Below are positions 55,456-63,254 of a stretch of DNA of 64,000 nucleotides, piece after piece. This stretch comes from a phage. The position numbers and the translations under genes were made by a program. Below the pieces are notes generated by a model that was not told the DNA's origin, did not search any database, and worked only from the letters and a program-made list of their open reading frames with translations. Location: sequence record PX880099.1. The stretch is one strand, 5' to 3'. Each line of letters begins with the position of its first letter. Positions within the stretch are counted from its first letter, which is position 1.

Positions 55456-55473
55456 ATATTAAAGGGTAATACA

Positions 55474-55611
55474 ATGAAAACTTTCAACGCAACAGCCTCG
55501 ACAATTGGTTATATTATTACAGTGCAAGCCGTGGATCTGGTAGCAGCAGCAAACAAGATTAAAAAGATGATCCCGCCAGGTAGTGAATTTTCCGTTTGGG
55601 AAGTAAAATAA
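55474..55611 (+). CDS. hypothetical small protein (45 aa, below ORF-track cutoff)
   Basis: ATG after AAAGGG. Confidence 0.35.
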   Translation: MKTFNATASTIGYIITVQAVDLVAAANKIKKMIPPGSEFSVWEVK

Positions 55612-55614
55612 ACC

Positions 55615-55676
55615 TTGACAATAATTTGTTATCTGGTAAAGTGTATTACGTAGGGCGGGGCAATGGTGCAACGCCC
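55615..55676 (+). promoter_or_regulatory. promoter plus 5' stem-loop cassette 20
   Basis: TTGACA-16 bp-TAAAGT-GTATTAC then GGGCGGGGCA-atgg-TGCAACGCCC hairpin with internal mismatch. Confidence 0.55.
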
Positions 55677-55694
55677 ATTAATGAGGGTAGAATC

Positions 55695-55799
55695 ATGTTA
55701 GAGAAAATTTTCACGGTTGTAATAGTGGGCCTGGCGTTATCGGTTGGAGTGGTTGCAACTATGGCTAACATGATCCTATCTTCCCACGGTATCGGTTAA
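55695..55799 (+). CDS. possible 34-aa membrane peptide
   Basis: ATG after SD GAGGGTAG; single hydrophobic helix. Confidence 0.3.
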   Translation: MLEKIFTVVIVGLALSVGVVATMANMILSSHGIG

Positions 55800-55809
55800 G
55801 GTGAAACAA

Positions 55810-55971
55810 ATGATCACGAACAAAACAGGCAAAACGGAATTTTTACGCGGCTTACAAGTTGGTAAGCCTGAGATCTGGCATTGCACGAAGTCCGCGCATA
55901 ATGAAATGAAAGATTTCACCGCTACTTTACAACGTGTTAAAATATCTATTACGCAGAAAAAGCCTTATTAG
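55810..55971 (+). CDS. hypothetical small basic protein (53 aa, below ORF-track cutoff)
   Basis: ATG after AAGGTGAAACAA. Confidence 0.4.
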   Translation: MITNKTGKTEFLRGLQVGKPEIWHCTKSAHNEMKDFTATLQRVKISITQKKPY

Positions 55972-56020
55972 TAGTAGAAAACGAGATCCCGCAAACCATT
56001 ATTATTGTCGAGCGTACAGC

Positions 56021-56407
56021 ATGAAAACAGAAATCATTAACGAAATCATCAACGGCTATAAAGAAGCCTTTATTTTTGCTGAATCAGCAAGGGATCATGA
56101 AGGTAATTTTATAGATGACATGACTGATTATGATTTTTCAGATCAAGCCCATCAACGGATCGCCCAGGATGTAACAGCCTTTATTAATGCTAATCTTGCC
56201 GCTATCTCTGAGGCAATGAGCGACGGCGCAACAGCCAACCAGATCGGGAATGATTTACATTTTACCCGTAACGGTCACGGCGTAGGATTTTGGGATCGCC
56301 CTGAAATATACACCACTAACACGGCGAACCGCCTAACAAATGCAGCTAAGTTTATGCCGAACGTGTCGGCTTACATTGGTGAAGATAATTTGATTTATAT
56401 TGAATAA
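56021..56407 (+). CDS. hypothetical protein
   Basis: Start set at MKTEIINEI; weak SD, possibly translationally coupled; 128 aa. Confidence 0.45.
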   Translation: MKTEIINEIINGYKEAFIFAESARDHEGNFIDDMTDYDFSDQAHQRIAQDVTAFINANLAAISEAMSDGATANQIGNDLHFTRNGHGVGFWDRPEIYTTNTANRLTNAAKFMPNVSAYIGEDNLIYIE

Positions 56408-56413
56408 AAAGTA

Positions 56414-56470
56414 TTGACACAGATCGCCAGTGTGCTAATATTTACCACGTAGGGCGGCAATGGTGCCGCC
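56414..56470 (+). promoter_or_regulatory. promoter plus 5' stem-loop cassette 21
   Basis: TTGACA-16 bp-TAATAT-TTACCAC then GGCGGCA-atgg-TGCCGCC perfect hairpin. Confidence 0.65.
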
Positions 56471-56488
56471 GATAATGAGGAAAATAAA

Positions 56489-56788
56489 ATGGAAACTATC
56501 GCTATTGTTACCGTAGAAAAACTGGTTGTTGGTGATGTGTTCGCGTTAATGGTGCCTAACAGCAGCAAACTGGGCGCTTATGAAGTGATGGACCATAAAA
56601 ATGAATCATTTGGCGACGGTTGCACAATGGCGGTAAAATCCTTAAAGGATGGAATCATCCGCCAGGCTAACTGGCACAAAGGGAATCAAGTCGGTTTAAT
56701 ATCAGCTAATTTCTTGCCAGAAGAGCAAACGTTAGACCAACTATCAGGCGGTAAGACGTTAGCCGAACTACTGGAAACAGCGATCTAA
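56489..56788 (+). CDS. hypothetical protein (cassette gene)
   Basis: 99 aa; SD GAGGAAAATAAA before ATG. Confidence 0.55.
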   Translation: METIAIVTVEKLVVGDVFALMVPNSSKLGAYEVMDHKNESFGDGCTMAVKSLKDGIIRQANWHKGNQVGLISANFLPEEQTLDQLSGGKTLAELLETAI

Positions 56789-56802
56789 TCAACAAAGGGG
56801 CG
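56787..56802 (+). other. promoter-less stem-loop GGGGCG-gcaa-CGCCCC
   Basis: Perfect hairpin overlapping the stop at 56788; near-identical copy at 57079-57094. Confidence 0.45.
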
Positions 56803-56832
56803 GCAACGCCCCACATCAGAAAGGAAAAGATT

Positions 56833-57069
56833 ATGAGTATTGCAACAGTATTAAACGCCGTTAAAACCGCTGAATCATCCGGCTTGCATGTTGAGCTTAT
56901 AGATCAACCAGGTGGCGATCTCCTTGTCCAGGTTTACCCGCCGAAAGTAGGGGATGATTATTATTGGGCTTATTCTGATACGTTCGAACAAGTAGACACG
57001 AAAGCGATCACGGCTTTTATTTTAAAAGCTATTGAAGAAAATAACTTTCATCATAACATCAATCAATAA
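56833..57069 (+). CDS. hypothetical small acidic protein
   Basis: 78 aa; SD AAAGGAAAAGA before ATG. Confidence 0.55.
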   Translation: MSIATVLNAVKTAESSGLHVELIDQPGGDLLVQVYPPKVGDDYYWAYSDTFEQVDTKAITAFILKAIEENNFHHNINQ

Positions 57070-57078
57070 ACCATAAGC

Positions 57079-57094
57079 GGGGCGGTAACGCCCC
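57079..57094 (+). other. promoter-less stem-loop GGGGCG-gtaa-CGCCCC
   Basis: Second copy of the 56787 hairpin, immediately after the stop at 57069. Confidence 0.45.
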
Positions 57095-57123
57095 ATTAAA
57101 CGCAATAGGAAGAGGATAGACGC

Positions 57124-57414
57124 ATGAAAAACATGATCGCAGTAGTTGCCCTAGTTGTTGGTATTAACGCGCCTGTACTGGCTAATGAGTTGTCAGAATC
57201 CATCACGCTAACCGATATCAACGCAATAAACCGGATCGGCGTTAATTATCGCCTATGCCTTGCCGCTAAAACTTTCCAGGACGGCACGACAGAATACCAC
57301 GGATTCGAGGGTATCCGCTGCGGTGAGCTTGCACGCGACCTTAAAGAAGATCCAGACCTTGAGGCCATACCGATGACCGTAAACGGTAAAGCTTACGTAA
57401 ACCGCCAACAATGA
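57124..57414 (+). CDS. secreted small protein (signal peptide)
   Basis: MKNMIAVVALVVGINAPVLA signal peptide; SD AGGAAGAGGA before ATG. Confidence 0.55.
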   Translation: MKNMIAVVALVVGINAPVLANELSESITLTDINAINRIGVNYRLCLAAKTFQDGTTEYHGFEGIRCGELARDLKEDPDLEAIPMTVNGKAYVNRQQ

Positions 57415-57545
57415 GAAAGGTAATCATCACAATGGGGATCGTAGTAGCAACGCTGGCGCTTATCCCCTTCATGGTTGAACATGTGCTGATCAGTGTTGTC
57501 CTTGTAGTCAGTGACCTATTGGAAACGGTTGGCACCTGGTTTTAA
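57411..57545 (+). CDS. possible 44-aa membrane peptide
   Basis: ATGA overlap with upstream stop; two hydrophobic stretches. Confidence 0.3.
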   Translation: MRKVIITMGIVVATLALIPFMVEHVLISVVLVVSDLLETVGTWF

Positions 57546-57550
57546 GATAA

Positions 57551-57580
57551 TAAATAGGGCTTGCAATAGTCCTATTTTTT
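57551..57580 (+). terminator. terminator-like hairpin with T6 run
   Basis: TAGGGC-ttgcaata-GTCCTA imperfect stem followed by TTTTTTG. Confidence 0.4.
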
Positions 57581-57620
57581 GTTATACTTATTGAACGGGC
57601 GGCACCTGGGAGCAGGTGAA
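57561..57620 (+). promoter_or_regulatory. promoter followed by CACCTG-ggag-CAGGTG palindrome (variant element)
   Basis: TTGCAA-16 bp-TATACT; then GGGCGG and a perfect CACCTG/CAGGTG inverted repeat; about 100 nt ORF-free leader follows. Confidence 0.4.
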
Positions 57621-57719
57621 GATAATCACCGGAAGATCCCGCTATATATCGATAGCTAATACCTATCAAACAACAAAACATCAAAGAGATAAACTATCAA
57701 ATCTTTACAATCCTACCTA

Positions 57720-57778
57720 TTGACACCGGATCACGCTTACATTATTATTTATCACGTAGGGCGGGAATGTTTCCCGCC
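57720..57778 (+). promoter_or_regulatory. promoter plus 5' stem-loop cassette 22
   Basis: TTGACA, AT-rich -10 region, TTATCAC, then GGCGGGAA-tgt-TTCCCGCC perfect hairpin. Confidence 0.6.
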
Positions 57779-57796
57779 TGATTTAGGAGTCATATC

Positions 57797-58030
57797 ATGA
57801 TCGAACAAATTAAAAGCACTAAACCAAATGTTAACGGTAATGTTTCTCACTTTATCGGGGATAATGAAAGAGGTACACCGTACGCCGCCGTAACCGTTCA
57901 ACCGAACGGGGATTATTGGTTTACCGTGTACGGATCTTACTCTTTTGGACGTTCGGCACATGATAAGATCTTGCAAGTGGTTAAGCCTACTGGGAAGAAT
58001 ATCACAGCAGAAAAATTTTATAAAAAATAG
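57797..58030 (+). CDS. hypothetical small protein (cassette gene)
   Basis: 77 aa; SD AGGAG before ATG. Confidence 0.55.
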   Translation: MIEQIKSTKPNVNGNVSHFIGDNERGTPYAAVTVQPNGDYWFTVYGSYSFGRSAHDKILQVVKPTGKNITAEKFYKK

Positions 58031-58032
58031 CT

Positions 58033-58091
58033 TGCTTTATATACCCTGTTAACTTATAGTTATTGCGTAGGGCGAGCAATACAGCAAGCCC
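58033..58091 (+). promoter_or_regulatory. promoter plus degenerate 5' stem-loop cassette 23
   Basis: TTGCTT-16 bp-TTATAG/TATAGT then GGGCGAGCAATACAGCAAGCCC imperfect inverted repeat. Confidence 0.45.
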
Positions 58092-58108
58092 ACAAAGAGG
58101 AAAATAAA

Positions 58109-58477
58109 ATGAGCAAATCAGCAATTAAAGCACTTGAAAAAGCACAAGAAGTGATCGCAACGTCAACCACTGGCGCAAAGGTTAATCTCGTTTGTTATCT
58201 GACAGATGAAACTATCCGTAAAAATTGGCGTAATGCTGATTTACTGGCTTGCTTATTGATTAATAGTGTCGCTAATGCTTTCCAGTGTGAAACAGCCGAG
58301 AGCCTGGAGGAAAACTTGTTTGATAATATGGATCAAGCCATTGAAACCTATATACAATCAAACCTGGATAGCTGGAACAGTAAAACATGGCCCGACAATT
58401 TACGCGATACAACTGATCAACTGATCCGCCTTGCCCTGATGGTTGAACGCGATAACGTTTACAACAGCACAAAGTAA
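58109..58477 (+). CDS. hypothetical protein (cassette gene)
   Basis: 122 aa; SD AAGAGGAAAA before ATG. Confidence 0.55.
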   Translation: MSKSAIKALEKAQEVIATSTTGAKVNLVCYLTDETIRKNWRNADLLACLLINSVANAFQCETAESLEENLFDNMDQAIETYIQSNLDSWNSKTWPDNLRDTTDQLIRLALMVERDNVYNSTK

Positions 58478-58486
58478 GATTATACA

Positions 58487-58510
58487 AGGGCGCACTAAGC
58501 GCCCTTTAAC
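58487..58510 (+). terminator. terminator-like hairpin (same module as 53414 and 59050)
   Basis: AGGGCGC-actaa-GCGCCCT followed by TTTAAC, weak T tail. Confidence 0.45.
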
Positions 58511-58536
58511 GTAAAGAAATGTAAATAATGCGCTAT

Positions 58537-58571
58537 CCCCTATTGACAGGGGATCGGCGTTATATTATATT
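58537..58571 (+). promoter_or_regulatory. promoter with palindrome around the -35 (variant cassette 24, no 5' hairpin)
   Basis: TCCCCT-aTTGACA-GGGGA inverted repeat enclosing -35 TTGACA; 17 bp; TATATT. Confidence 0.5.
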
Positions 58572-58616
58572 TAACTTACTGGCAGCAAACAACGAAACGA
58601 AACAAAGGACAACATC

Positions 58617-59036
58617 ATGAACATTAAATCAAATAATCCAGCTTACTCCTTCGATAACGCTTTTTGTCACGGTAGCGCCGCCAAAGGCTTCGAAATCGAT
58701 GGTAAATTGGTTATCGTGAACGTTGACGGGGAAGAGGTTGCAGTGTATCCGGTAAACGATGTTAAAAGCCGTTTACAATGCCGCATGGATGTTACCGCAT
58801 ATCAGCTTGATCCGGTCCGTGTAGTTGCCTTGGTGTTAGAGGAAGAGATCAAAGCAATGCATCACAGTAATAAGTTTATTGGTGACGCGCAGGATAATAT
58901 GAACGTTTGCCGCCATAAAGTTAATGAAGCATTGAAAGAATGCGGTTTTAAGGATCTGATGATTAAACGTGATGAAAAATTCCGCTTTCGTAATGACCTG
59001 GCAAACCGGATCTACTCAATCTATGAAGCGTTATAA
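58617..59036 (+). CDS. hypothetical protein (last gene of array)
   Basis: 139 aa; SD AAAGGA before ATG; followed by strong terminator. Confidence 0.55.
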   Translation: MNIKSNNPAYSFDNAFCHGSAAKGFEIDGKLVIVNVDGEEVAVYPVNDVKSRLQCRMDVTAYQLDPVRVVALVLEEEIKAMHHSNKFIGDAQDNMNVCRHKVNEALKECGFKDLMIKRDEKFRFRNDLANRIYSIYEAL

Positions 59037-59049
59037 TTGACAACAAAAC

Positions 59050-59078
59050 AAGGGCGCACCAAGCGCCCTTTCTTTTTG
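59050..59078 (+). terminator. rho-independent terminator (module AAGGGCGCAYCAAGCGCCCTTT)
   Basis: AGGGCGC-accaa-GCGCCCT hairpin followed by TTCTTTTT. Confidence 0.75.
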
Positions 59079-60039
59079 CCCGAACAATATTGATAGCTTT
59101 CGCCTATGAAAAACCGACACAGAACAAAACTGAATAAATCGCGGTATCGAGCTAATCAACCAGCAAACGAATAACCATACCTCCCAGGGTTACAGGCTGT
59201 TAGAGAGCCATTTAGAGCGGTTAAAATCGATCAACAACCAACAACAAACCATCAAAAACACCCTTTTACCTCCTTTCTAGTGCAATGATAACCATTATCA
59301 TCTACCCATGATTATCTATGCAATATAAGCGCATAATTATAATGTTGATAATAGTTCGCAACAACTAACCAACAAACAACATAAAACAATAAGCAAACTA
59401 ATCATAATCAAAGGAATAATAGCAAGATGATTGATAACGACAAACAATCAAACCATGATGAATACTAAGCAAGATAACGATAACACGACAAAACAACCAA
59501 CTAACGAACAATAACAAACGAAACCATTAAAATAATAACTATTAGCAAAATAGTGCATGAATGAAATCATTACAAAACGAATCATTCATAGAGTCATCAT
59601 TAGCACGCTATGCCGGACACATAGCGAGCTAATAATAAGCCAACTACACCCCAACAATCATAACCATCGGTGATGGTTATTTCTTGTTACTGCGTAGCTT
59701 GCAATAATTGCAAGCGTAATGACGCTTACACTTATTGCGCTGGCTTATTATTAGCATTATATGTAATTACCAAGATCATAACATTAGCGCAATAACAATA
59801 ATCATTGTGGTAATTACGTAAGGAAACAATTAGCATGGCAATAATTATGGGGGCAATGGGAGGATGATTATCATCATTCCGATACATTGCACACTATGCA
59901 CATAATAGAATAAAAAGCAATAATTTTGGGGGCGAAATGTTACCGCCACAGGCGGGAATGTTGAGCAAGTTCTCTTAAACGTAAATAAAATCAGAATAAT
60001 CTTGATTTATTTTAGTTTTTATGTTAATAAACGTTTAAA

Positions 60040-60054
60040 TAATAATCATTCTCA
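60040..60054. promoter_or_regulatory. Fur-box-like palindrome
   Basis: TaATAATcATTcTCA, two mismatches to 7-1-7 consensus TGATAATnATTATCA. Confidence 0.3.
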
Positions 60055-60215
60055 TATAAATAATAGTCTGCTTGTCATGAGCGGGATTAGTTGACAATGT
60101 TCCGTCATATGATGAGGTTGCCAAGCCATTGATAAATAAGTGTTTGTGTGATTTATAATCAGGTGGCCCACCTTGTCGCTATGTTGGCATGAGCCTTGCA
60201 TAAGTCATTGAATAC

Positions 60216-60236
60216 GAATGATAATTATTCTCATTC
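60216..60236. promoter_or_regulatory. Fur-box-like palindrome (best match in window)
   Basis: TGATAATtATTcTCA, one mismatch to consensus; embedded in larger palindrome CGAATGA..TCATTCG. Confidence 0.35.
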
Positions 60237-60576
60237 GCATGATATTTGGGAATTGTCGCTGCGTGGACCTGACGGCCCGAAAATTCGCGTTAAGCACTTC
60301 TTACGTATGCACCATGATTTTTGCCATATCATATTGATTCTATTAGATATTCTTGCCATGATTGCCATGAAACAGGGTGTCCCGAAATAATCTCTCCCCG
60401 TAGATATTTTGGGTTACTTTTTATACAAGAGTGGGGTGTCAAAAATAATCGGTATATATGGGATAATTGATAGGAATCCCCTATGATAATTCGATTGTAA
60501 TTCCCTAAGATTGATCGTATGATGTTGGTGATTAATGATTGCCATGAAAGATGGCTAACGATGAGAGGAGATTATC

Positions 60577-60951
60577 ATGCAAGAGAGTAAAAATGTTCCG
60601 TTGAGCAGTGCAACATTGCTTCGCTTCTATAAAGCATGGATTGCCAACTATCCTGCAATGAATCGCACAACGAGTGGCTTATGTGGTTGTCTGGTAGATT
60701 ATGTAGATGATTTTGTTGGTGAGACAACTAGAGAAGAAGATAGAAGATGGCGTGATCATTTGTTGGACCGTTTGAAATATGAAATGAGGAAACAATTTAC
60801 ATGTGCAGGGTTGGACTACAATCTTCCGTTCAATGCAGATTGCATGGATTACCTTTCAGAGTGTATAAACTTGGCGTGTCATACCAACACGTTACGTCTT
60901 CAATGGGTGAAAGACAGAATTGAAGATGCAAATAATGCTTGCATTGAATAA
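60577..60951 (+). CDS. hypothetical protein
   Basis: 124 aa; SD GAGAGGAGA before ATG; first gene after the ORF-free region. Confidence 0.55.
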   Translation: MQESKNVPLSSATLLRFYKAWIANYPAMNRTTSGLCGCLVDYVDDFVGETTREEDRRWRDHLLDRLKYEMRKQFTCAGLDYNLPFNADCMDYLSECINLACHTNTLRLQWVKDRIEDANNACIE

Positions 60952-61000
60952 AGATGTTTGTATAATGGATGACATAACAGATAGCCAATGAGGAGATGAA

Positions 61001-61210
61001 ATGAAGAATTTGAAAACTGTCACAATGTTCTTGACTAATCCTACACGTGTGCAAGCACTGGCTAAAGCCAGCCGTGTAGCTGTAGAATTCCAAAACTTTA
61101 AGCCGTCCGTTGTGACAGGCAGTGAAACGTGTGTTATCGATTTCATTAACGAATACTTCCGAGGGAATCCGGTTGGTCGTTACTTTATTAAGGGTCTGAA
61201 GGATGCATAG
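61001..61210 (+). CDS. hypothetical small protein
   Basis: 69 aa; SD GAGGAGA before ATG. Confidence 0.5.
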   Translation: MKNLKTVTMFLTNPTRVQALAKASRVAVEFQNFKPSVVTGSETCVIDFINEYFRGNPVGRYFIKGLKDA

Positions 61211-61433
61211 CATGAAACGCATGAAAATTCGTATTGAGAATGATGGTGGTTATAAAGGACTTACCCGTGCAAAATTCCCACTTGTGTTGGAAGCTACGGT
61301 GGAATACAGTGGGCTTGCTCATGTGCGATTCTCGAAGATGATGGAAGTGCAGGAATGGTTTTGGGACGAGATAGATGCACGAGAAGGGGAAGATTATGTT
61401 TTCTTTCCTCACGAATATGAAATTGTTTATTAA
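61203..61433 (+). CDS. hypothetical small protein
   Basis: 76 aa; 8-nt overlap with upstream gene. Confidence 0.5.
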   Translation: MHSMKRMKIRIENDGGYKGLTRAKFPLVLEATVEYSGLAHVRFSKMMEVQEWFWDEIDAREGEDYVFFPHEYEIVY

Positions 61434-61436
61434 AGG

Positions 61437-61685
61437 TTGTATGCAATGATCACACCACAACAAAATGAAGCAGCAATGGATCTTCTTGATAGTTTGTATT
61501 TCGATAATTGGTACTCTGAATGTGAATGGATGAATATGCAAACTCTGAAAGAGAAGACAAAAGCGTTGATTACAGTAGATCAATTTCTTGCAGAGACGGA
61601 AAGAATGAATTATGATATGGCATCTCGCGCACGACGCGTTTCCATTTTCAATAAAATGTTAGCATTATGGGGAGGTAGAAAATGA
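61437..61685 (+). CDS. hypothetical small protein
   Basis: 82 aa; start may instead be the internal ATG (MITPQQ). Confidence 0.45.
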   Translation: MYAMITPQQNEAAMDLLDSLYFDNWYSECEWMNMQTLKEKTKALITVDQFLAETERMNYDMASRARRVSIFNKMLALWGGRK

Positions 61686-62143
61686 GACAATTCACTATAC
61701 TGGCAGCTTATGTGCAATGTGTTCACGATTATGTTAGTGCTCATACAGGTTTGCTGGAAGTTACCAGTAAAATTGAAGGTAATATGGGTACTGTCTGTGT
61801 GCAACATACTTTATCCAATGTGCCGTTTAAAGTGTTCACTGTTGTAGCTGCCGATTACAATCGTGTAGATGTGCGTTTCTTGGATCATAATTTTCGTAAC
61901 GCACTAGATAATATCGAAGATTATCTTCCCGTGAAACCTTTGTCATTTCCACCAAGTCGTGCAAATAATGTAGTGACAAATCTTAATGAAAGAAATGTGG
62001 CTATGCACAAAAAAGTCCGTCAACTGAAAATGCTGATGGAAATGCAAGAAGAGATTGAAAAAGAACTGAAAGAAGATTTTGGTATGCTTCCAAAAGACGC
62101 TTTGAAATGGTATGATGAACTAGGAGGAGAAAGTTATGAATAA
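61682..62143 (+). CDS. hypothetical protein
   Basis: 153 aa; ATGA overlap; SD GGAGG before ATG. Confidence 0.5.
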   Translation: MRQFTILAAYVQCVHDYVSAHTGLLEVTSKIEGNMGTVCVQHTLSNVPFKVFTVVAADYNRVDVRFLDHNFRNALDNIEDYLPVKPLSFPPSRANNVVTNLNERNVAMHKKVRQLKMLMEMQEEIEKELKEDFGMLPKDALKWYDELGGESYE

Positions 62144-62330
62144 AGGAACTACTGTATATTTAGTGACTAAGAACACCCCAGGTTGGAATCAGTGCACAAC
62201 GACTCCATATAAGATTTGTGCAACACTGGAACTAGCACAACGTGCAGAAGCGGAAGTTGATGCTATGCGATACAGCTACGGGGAGATCATTCCTTTCACT
62301 CTGGAACAAGAAGGAGCACATAGTGTTTAA
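62136..62330 (+). CDS. hypothetical small protein
   Basis: 64 aa; SD GGAGGAGAAAG before ATG. Confidence 0.5.
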   Translation: MNKGTTVYLVTKNTPGWNQCTTTPYKICATLELAQRAEAEVDAMRYSYGEIIPFTLEQEGAHSV

Positions 62331-62778
62331 GGTAGGGTTTACTTATAAATTCAAAAGCGTTGCTGACCAAGGAGATATGGCAACACATGACAAAGCAAAT
62401 ATTGCTGTTTGCCAAGCGATTGGAAACGAAGTTTTCAAAGTTATGAATACAGATGATAAGTATGGTCATGTTCTTGAGTTTTATATCAATGGTACCCTCT
62501 ATACAGCAGGTGTTACCCCAGGGTTTAATTCGTATACTTATTTGATTGATAACGAAGAATTTAAATATTTTGAAGAAGTAAAGGAGGAAACAATGGGTAA
62601 AGCAGAACCACAATGGCATGTTGTGATCGTAGGATCAGAGTGTGTAGATGTTTGTTCTAGTTTTGAAAAAGCTTCTGAAGTCGCTACAAAAGCTAAGAAG
62701 GACTATCCGTCGAAGACGGTTGAGATTTACGCTCGTGTTGCAGTAGCAAACGCCACAATCACTATTGATAAGGAGTAA
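62323..62778 (+). CDS. hypothetical protein, paralog family member 1
   Basis: Start set at GTG after SD AAGGAG, giving FKVGFTYKFKS parallel to paralogs; shared C-terminal ..YP.KTVEIY.. Confidence 0.5.
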   Translation: MFKVGFTYKFKSVADQGDMATHDKANIAVCQAIGNEVFKVMNTDDKYGHVLEFYINGTLYTAGVTPGFNSYTYLIDNEEFKYFEEVKEETMGKAEPQWHVVIVGSECVDVCSSFEKASEVATKAKKDYPSKTVEIYARVAVANATITIDKE

Positions 62779-62783
62779 AGCCA

Positions 62784-63242
62784 ATGTTCAAAGAAGGTCA
62801 TGTCTACCGTTTCCAGGATGAGGATTATATGCGACTATATTCTACCTTTGATAACAGTATTGCGGCTATCATTGGAGAGAATTTTTTCGAGGTGTTGAGC
62901 ACTGATGCAAATGGTAATATCTTGTCAATGGTTGTAATAGGTATGAGAGATGGTATTATCACTGCTGGTGATGGGGATCGTTACATAATCAATTCTGCTC
63001 ATATAGATTATTTTGTTGACGGTGGTGTTCGTGGTGGTCGTGGAAAACCCCAAGAAGAACCTGTTGATACGACAAAAGAAGAGTGGTATGTTGTAATGAC
63101 TGATGACACCTGTATTTCTGGATTTGAAAGTTATGAAGAAGCTTTGAAAGAAGCAGCAGAGCATAAAATGGCTAATCCTACAGAAGAGGTTGAAGTTTAT
63201 AAACGTCTGGTTGTTGCTACCATCGGCGTATCTTTTGTTTAA
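62784..63242 (+). CDS. hypothetical protein, paralog family member 2
   Basis: N-terminal MFKEGHVYRF and C-terminal PTEEVEVYKRLV parallel the neighbours; SD AAGGAG. Confidence 0.55.
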   Translation: MFKEGHVYRFQDEDYMRLYSTFDNSIAAIIGENFFEVLSTDANGNILSMVVIGMRDGIITAGDGDRYIINSAHIDYFVDGGVRGGRGKPQEEPVDTTKEEWYVVMTDDTCISGFESYEEALKEAAEHKMANPTEEVEVYKRLVVATIGVSFV

Positions 63243-63254
63243 AAGGGGAATGTT

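Noticed and set aside
58029-58040. TGCTT in the -35 region of cassette 23 as a T4 MotA box
   Set aside because: Single occurrence; the genome has a family A polymerase and no T4-type features, so a MotA-dependent middle promoter is unlikely.
48174-59078. Regularly spaced GC-rich inverted repeats could be mistaken for a CRISPR array
   Set aside because: Repeats are not identical, are 180-600 bp apart with variable spacing, and the intervening sequences are coding with SD and ATG; each repeat follows a -35/-10 promoter.
60196-60390. 64-aa ORF inside the ORF-free AC-rich region
   Set aside because: Alternative (non-ATG) start, no SD, overlaps the Fur-like palindrome and direct repeats; more likely regulatory DNA.
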